Source: an uncultured virus (IMG/VR IMGVR_UViG_2838022645_000001)
Taxonomy: Duplodnaviria; Heunggongvirae; Uroviricota; Caudoviricetes
DNA: 20,000 nucleotides
Direction: 5' to 3' (one strand)
Virus record (IMG/VR): IMGVR_UViG_2838022645_000001
The notes beneath the pieces were generated by a model, which did no database searches, was not told the DNA's origin, and was given only the letters and a program-made list of their open reading frames with translations. Shown one piece after another: positions 15,861-20,000 of the stretch. The position numbers and the translations under genes were made by a program. Each line of letters starts with the position of its first letter. The stretch's first letter is position 1.

Positions 15861-16786
15861 TGACCATGAACACGGCAAGAGAAGCGGCGATGCTGGCCGC
15901 TATACCGAATCCGCCAGAACAGTATAACCCCGAACCGCTCATGGTCGAAGGCCTTGGCGCCGTTCCTGTGGTGCTGCCGAAGTACTCGCCGGCGAATGAC
16001 AACGTCGAGGGTGGCAAGCGTTACCACAGCGGCGGTCTTGTTGGCGGGCCTGGCGGTGATGTGGCGCCAATCATGAAGATCGACCACGTCATCCCGCGCG
16101 CGCAGTACGAGGCCATCATGGAGCGCGGCCAGTACGTCGGATTGCGTCGACACACAGACATTGGCGCGCGAGTCGTGGCGGCTGTCGAAAAGGAGATTGC
16201 CGCCAGCCGTCCCTTGTCCTCGGACAGCGGACATCCCGCCCGAACCGGCGACTTCATGCAGACGGCGACCGGCCGCAAGTTTTGGCCCCTCGACCCGCGG
16301 AGCGAAGAAGTCTTCATCGAGGACATCGCGCACTCACTGAGCCTGCAATGCCGCTACGCCGGCCACTGCCTGCGCTTCTACAGCGTCGCCGAGCATTGCG
16401 TACTCATGGCCCGCAAGCTTCGCTGGGAAGGCGTGGACGTGGCTCTGTGGGCGCTGCTGCACGATGCGGCGGAAGCCTACACCGTTGACGTTCCGCGCCC
16501 GCTCAAGCGCCACCTAGTTGGCTACAAGGAAGCCGAGGCGAAAGTCATGGCTGCGATCGCCGATCGGTTCGGCCTGGCGGCGGAAATGCCTGCCGTTGTG
16601 CATGATGCCGACAACCGCATCATTGCCGACGAGCTCGTCAACCTCGTGCCGATGGAGTGGCACGCGCGCTATGCGGGCCAGGAACTGGGCGTGACGCTGC
16701 GCTACTGGTCGCCGGAGAAGGCGCGGGAAGAGTTCATGGCGACGTTTGACGCGCTGATGGATTGCAGGGCGAGGGGGATGGCGTGA
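15860..16786 (+). CDS. HD-domain phosphohydrolase (YfbR/YfdR-like 5'-deoxynucleotidase) with a long N-terminal extension
   Basis: 'IEDIAHSLS..CRYAGH', 'YSVAEHC', 'ALLHDAAEAY..D'; catalytic domain starts near residue 130; ATG 15860 by TGATG overlap. Confidence 0.85.
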   Translation: MTMNTAREAAMLAAIPNPPEQYNPEPLMVEGLGAVPVVLPKYSPANDNVEGGKRYHSGGLVGGPGGDVAPIMKIDHVIPRAQYEAIMERGQYVGLRRHTDIGARVVAAVEKEIAASRPLSSDSGHPARTGDFMQTATGRKFWPLDPRSEEVFIEDIAHSLSLQCRYAGHCLRFYSVAEHCVLMARKLRWEGVDVALWALLHDAAEAYTVDVPRPLKRHLVGYKEAEAKVMAAIADRFGLAAEMPAVVHDADNRIIADELVNLVPMEWHARYAGQELGVTLRYWSPEKAREEFMATFDALMDCRARGMA

Positions 16787-16983
16787 TGCTGCACTACTAT
16801 ATGTTTAGTTTCGCCATGGAGAGAGGCGGCTTCGCCCGCGTCACGATCGGATGGCCTGACGCGATAGTCACGGAAAGCCGCGTGGCATTTGCCAGAGAAA
16901 AGGCTATCGGCGCGCAACCAAACGCCTGCCCAATTGCCGTTAGTTATCTTGGGCACATGATGCCGGAGGTTGCGATCGCATGA
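16786..16983 (+). CDS. Phage hypothetical protein
   Basis: 65 aa, stop/start overlaps at both ends. Confidence 0.6.
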   Translation: MLHYYMFSFAMERGGFARVTIGWPDAIVTESRVAFAREKAIGAQPNACPIAVSYLGHMMPEVAIA

Positions 16984-17210
16984 CCAACACCACAGGCTGG
17001 AACATCTGGCGCGGCGATGGTGATTGCCCCGTCAACAAAGAGGCGATCGTCGACATCCGCCTGCGCAACGGGCGGATTATAGAAGGGGCAACGGCTGGCC
17101 GCTATCTGTGGGCGCGTCCGCAGCGCGAAGTGGAGGGCAACTGGAGCCCGCAGAGAACTGAGAACGGCGGCATTATCGTCGCGTATCGCGAAGTGGGGGA
17201 AGTGGCGTGA
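16980..17210 (+). CDS. Phage hypothetical protein
   Basis: 76 aa, ATGA overlap, GGAGG RBS; 'W.G..CPV...V.IRLRNG...W...IVAYR' pattern. Confidence 0.7.
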   Translation: MTNTTGWNIWRGDGDCPVNKEAIVDIRLRNGRIIEGATAGRYLWARPQREVEGNWSPQRTENGGIIVAYREVGEVA

Positions 17211-17452
17211 TGGACGATATAGCAGTTTGCGAGCTTTGCGGACACCCGATGGCACCCGGCGAGGAGATGTTCAAATTCCACGGATACAGCGGGCCGTGCC
17301 CAGAAGAACCATCGGAGGAGCACCTCAAGGCGGTAGCGGAGAAGCGCTTTTCGGAGTGGCTAAACGAAGGCCATGAGTTGGCGAAAGCCGCAGGGTGCGG
17401 TGTTATCATAAATGTCTCTCCATCATCAGATGCCGAAGGCGGTGCAGCATGA
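17210..17452 (+). CDS. Phage hypothetical protein with Cys/His motif
   Basis: 'CELCGHPMAPGEEMFKFHGYSGPCP'; coupled start (GTG 17207 or ATG 17210). Confidence 0.65.
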   Translation: MDDIAVCELCGHPMAPGEEMFKFHGYSGPCPEEPSEEHLKAVAEKRFSEWLNEGHELAKAAGCGVIINVSPSSDAEGGAA

Positions 17453-17526
17453 GATCGGCAGTTGAATGGATAATCTGCTTACTCGCAGTTGGCGGCATGG
17501 TTTCGGCCATGTGGGTGATGCTGTGA
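17449..17526 (+). CDS. 25-aa single-TM peptide (not in the ORF track)
   Basis: MRSAVEWIICLLAVGGMVSAMWVML; ATGA overlap with the upstream stop, GTGA overlap with the downstream start. Confidence 0.5.
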   Translation: MRSAVEWIICLLAVGGMVSAMWVML

Positions 17527-17837
17527 CCCCAACGCCAAAATACATCGAAACCGTCAAGCGTCGCGTATGGGAAATCCACATTCGCGACCACGACAAGCAT
17601 ATCCGCCGCGAAGATCTGAACGCCGTTCTCGGCGGAGTCGATTTCGTTCTCGACTACTACAGCAATAAAGTAGCGGAGCTGGAGGCGGTCATCGCAGCAG
17701 AGAGGACCACCAACCAAATTGAATGTAGTCGGTATGCGTACGAGCGTGACGTGGCGCGCCGAGAGCGGGATGACCTTATAGCGCAACAGTCATCCCCCAC
17801 GCCCACTTCAATCACCGGGGAGACCTTAGCATCATGA
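17523..17837 (+). CDS. Phage hypothetical protein (coiled-coil C-terminus)
   Basis: ORF 17466-17837; GTG 17523 preferred because of coupling to the upstream peptide. Confidence 0.6.
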   Translation: MTPTPKYIETVKRRVWEIHIRDHDKHIRREDLNAVLGGVDFVLDYYSNKVAELEAVIAAERTTNQIECSRYAYERDVARRERDDLIAQQSSPTPTSITGETLAS

Positions 17838-18124
17838 CAACAATGATCGAGCGGGTGGCGCGGGCCATAGCAAAAGAAAACAATACGGACGCTGCATTTG
17901 ATCTCCCTTGGGAGTTCTTTATTGGACAAGCCCGCGCCGTCCTTGAAGAGATACGCGAGCCGTCGGCGGCGCAACTGGCCGCCGCTGAGGAGATTGTCGT
18001 CGGCTATGACGACTTCGCATGCGGCGATGGCAATGTCTATCTCGCCTACCCAGAGTACTACGACAAGGCCAAGCACGTTTGGCAGTCGCTGATAGACGCA
18101 GCACTCAAGGAGGAAACACCATGA
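17834..18124 (+). CDS. Phage hypothetical protein
   Basis: 96 aa; 'MIERVARAIA...AR.....REP...W...IDAAL' pattern; ATGA overlaps at both ends. Confidence 0.7.
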   Translation: MTTMIERVARAIAKENNTDAAFDLPWEFFIGQARAVLEEIREPSAAQLAAAEEIVVGYDDFACGDGNVYLAYPEYYDKAKHVWQSLIDAALKEETP

Positions 18125-18813
18125 CCGAGAACCAAGTACCAGCCTGGACGCCCGCCGGCGAGCTCACCGCAGTGCCGGCCTCCAATGACAACGTTCCTTC
18201 CGAATTGCGCGCGCTTGGCGCGGCAATAGGGAAGCATGAAAGTAGCGACAGCCCACAACAGAATATTAGTGCGGCCAACGATAACTTCCCGCCCGTCGTC
18301 GCATTCACCGGCCAGGCTGGCGCCGGCAAGTCTACGGCCACCCGCTACCTCGTCGAGCAGCACGACTATACACTCGTCAAGTTCGCCGGGCCGCTCAAGG
18401 ATATGATGCGGGCTATTGGTTTGGCGGAGGATCAGATCGAAGGCGACCTGAAAGAAACGCCGACGCGGCTACTGCAAGGAAAAACACCGCGGCACGCGAT
18501 GCAGGCCCTTGGTACGGAGTGGGGCAGGGATCTGATCGGCAAGGATTTCTGGACATTCTTGTGGGAGCATCGCGCTCTTCAGGTCATTGACGCCGGCGGC
18601 CGCGTCGTTACAGACGACTGCCGCTTTCCGAACGAAGCGCAGCTTATCCGCCGACTGGGCGGAGACATCTACAAGATCGCTGGCCGTGGCGGCATTGCTG
18701 GTGACCACGTCAGCGAGCGCGGCTGCGGTGATCAGGATCTGGTGATTGCGAACGCTGGCGCGGTCGCAGAGTTGCACGGCAAGATCGAGGAGGCGCTGCG
18801 GCGGTATGGGTGA
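18121..18813 (+). CDS. Deoxynucleoside monophosphate kinase (T4 gp1-like)
   Basis: ATG 18121 after AAGGAGG; P-loop GQAGAGKST, 'FAGPLK', 'TPRHAMQALGTEWGR', 'DDCRFPNE'; about 58-aa N-terminal extension. Confidence 0.88.
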   Translation: MTENQVPAWTPAGELTAVPASNDNVPSELRALGAAIGKHESSDSPQQNISAANDNFPPVVAFTGQAGAGKSTATRYLVEQHDYTLVKFAGPLKDMMRAIGLAEDQIEGDLKETPTRLLQGKTPRHAMQALGTEWGRDLIGKDFWTFLWEHRALQVIDAGGRVVTDDCRFPNEAQLIRRLGGDIYKIAGRGGIAGDHVSERGCGDQDLVIANAGAVAELHGKIEEALRRYG

Positions 18814-18819
18814 TCCATC

Positions 18820-18832
18820 TTGACAAATTTGT
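18820..18832 (+). promoter_or_regulatory. Putative promoter -35/operator (TTGACAAATTTGT), copy 2
   Basis: Identical 13-mer to 10816-10828, intergenic, upstream of the HTH gene. Confidence 0.65.
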
Positions 18833-18881
18833 TGAATGAAGTTAGGAGTGTCGTACCGTACACCACCAAGAGGAGCTTAAA

Positions 18882-19076
18882 GTGGAGTGTGAAGTTAGAG
18901 AGGGCGACCTTCTCATGGGCGCCAACGCAATCGCCAAGTTTCTTGGCGTAACATCGCGGCAAGTCTACCGGCTCACCTACGGAGATTTGATGCCGCATTT
19001 CAAACTAGGCGGTAGCGTTGCGGCTCGCCGTTCGTCGCTCACAAAATGGATGGCTGAACAAGAGGCGGCATCCTGA
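18882..19076 (+). CDS. Small HTH DNA-binding protein (excisionase/AlpA-like)
   Basis: 64 aa 'DLLMGANAIAKFLGVTSRQVYRL...P.FKLG...ARRSSL..W'; GAGGAG RBS. Confidence 0.78.
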   Translation: MECEVREGDLLMGANAIAKFLGVTSRQVYRLTYGDLMPHFKLGGSVAARRSSLTKWMAEQEAAS

Positions 19077-19495
19077 TGGCGTACTTTGTATATGCGGTGG
19101 GTGGGAAGGACGACGCTGGCCCTCTATCTGGCATGCTAAAAATAGGTCGCGCGCGGGATCCGCATAACAGGCTTGTCGAGCTTCAGATCGGATGCCCGTT
19201 TCAGGTTGAACTAAAGCGGATATGGCGATTCTCAACTCAGAGCCACGGATGCGAATTTGAGTTAGCGTGTCACAAGCGGTTCCGGAACCAGAAGGTAAGC
19301 GGAGAGTGGTTCCGCATCGATCTGGAAAACGTGCATCAATTCATTGTTGAGTTGGCCGAAGTTCGGATGCTGCAAATATCACACGCAGATGGCAACAACT
19401 CGGCTCCATGCCCAACTCCACCTGCTCCTCCGAAGTTTTCTTTGGCTAATGCAGCAAAAGCGTTCATGGAGGCCAGAAGACAGGCCGCTATGTGA
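19076..19495 (+). CDS. GIY-YIG superfamily protein (T5orf172/MUG113-like)
   Basis: 'FVYAV', 'LKIG...DP..RL..LQ.G.P', 'E...H..F', 'GEWF'. Confidence 0.82.
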   Translation: MAYFVYAVGGKDDAGPLSGMLKIGRARDPHNRLVELQIGCPFQVELKRIWRFSTQSHGCEFELACHKRFRNQKVSGEWFRIDLENVHQFIVELAEVRMLQISHADGNNSAPCPTPPAPPKFSLANAAKAFMEARRQAAM

Positions 19496-19535
19496 ATAAC
19501 CACCAAACCCAACCACCACAGAGAAGGAGACTGAA

Positions 19536-20000
19536 ATGAGAGTCAATAAGTTTGAGCGCGAAAAATACGGCATCAGCGTAGATCTCATGTCCAGAATGTG
19601 CGGCCTGAGTACGGCGCGCATCAAGGAAGTCGAGGACGGCTATCTTGATCTTATCGGTCGCGGAATTCCGGAGAGCCGGCTGAAAGCTACAGCAGACGGC
19701 GATCGCATGTTTGCGGTCGTGGACGAAATCAAGGCGGAACAGGACAAGACAGTTGAGGCTCTGATTGGCCGGCTCATATCGAGTGGCGTTGATGTGTCGC
19801 TGAAGACGCTGCATCACCCAGGTCGCACGACAACTTACCAAGTCGAGTTGTCGTGTAACGACTACGCAGGCAAGGGCCTATCATCGATAGGCCGCGGCAG
19901 TTCGCAACTTTCGGCGCTTACCTCGTCTATCGACGTGATGCGAGGAGTTGTTGGGATGGTATCGCCCCTATTCCCGGTGACGAGCAAGGAAGCCGCATGA
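19536..20000 (+). CDS. Protein with an N-terminal XRE-like HTH
   Basis: 'REKYGISVDLMSRMCGLSTARIKEVEDG' resembles the XRE HTH; AAGGAG RBS; stop at 19998-20000. Confidence 0.6.
   Translation: MRVNKFEREKYGISVDLMSRMCGLSTARIKEVEDGYLDLIGRGIPESRLKATADGDRMFAVVDEIKAEQDKTVEALIGRLISSGVDVSLKTLHHPGRTTTYQVELSCNDYAGKGLSSIGRGSSQLSALTSSIDVMRGVVGMVSPLFPVTSKEAA

Larger units (their letters stand above)
1..20000 (+). mobile_element. Temperate phage/prophage segment (tail tip, lysis, accessory and early genes); extends beyond both window ends
   Basis: Continuous tail, lysis and early-gene order, dense translational coupling, no host housekeeping genes. No integrase or att site lies in the window, so prophage versus free phage cannot be decided. 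Confidence 0.95.

Noticed and set aside
1..20000. CRISPR arrays, tRNA/rRNA genes, IS elements, integrase/att sites
   Set aside because: None recognised by eye in this window.

Overview
The window is a slice of a temperate tailed (siphovirus-like) phage or prophage, most likely from an alphaproteobacterium (Rhizobiaceae-type), judged from an alpha-type LexA box, GC-rich coding and the gene families present. Positions 1-5613 hold tail-tip genes and a beta-helix tailspike. A small antisense membrane-protein moron with its own sigma70-like promoter follows, then a lysis cassette (holin, SAR-type lysozyme, overlapping i-/o-spanins). After that come an SGNH esterase, an intrinsic terminator, a LexA-boxed zinc-ribbon gene and a frameshifted ATP-dependent DNA ligase. 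From about 10.8 kb a translationally coupled accessory/early operon encodes an exported trypsin-like protease, a MotA/TolQ/ExbB-like membrane protein with an Asp-bearing single-TM partner, further membrane proteins, four nucleotide-handling enzymes, small hypotheticals, an excisionase-like HTH protein, a T5orf172-like GIY-YIG protein and an XRE-like protein. Two signals stand out. First, all four nucleotide enzymes carry copies of the alphaproteobacterial tmRNA (ssrA) tag motif ANDN, and one ends in a full-length tag mimic (AANDNEPAEQRRAA-stop). Second, the phage encodes an ExbB/ExbD-like ion-motor module of unknown function. All family assignments come from motifs read by eye; no database searches were run.
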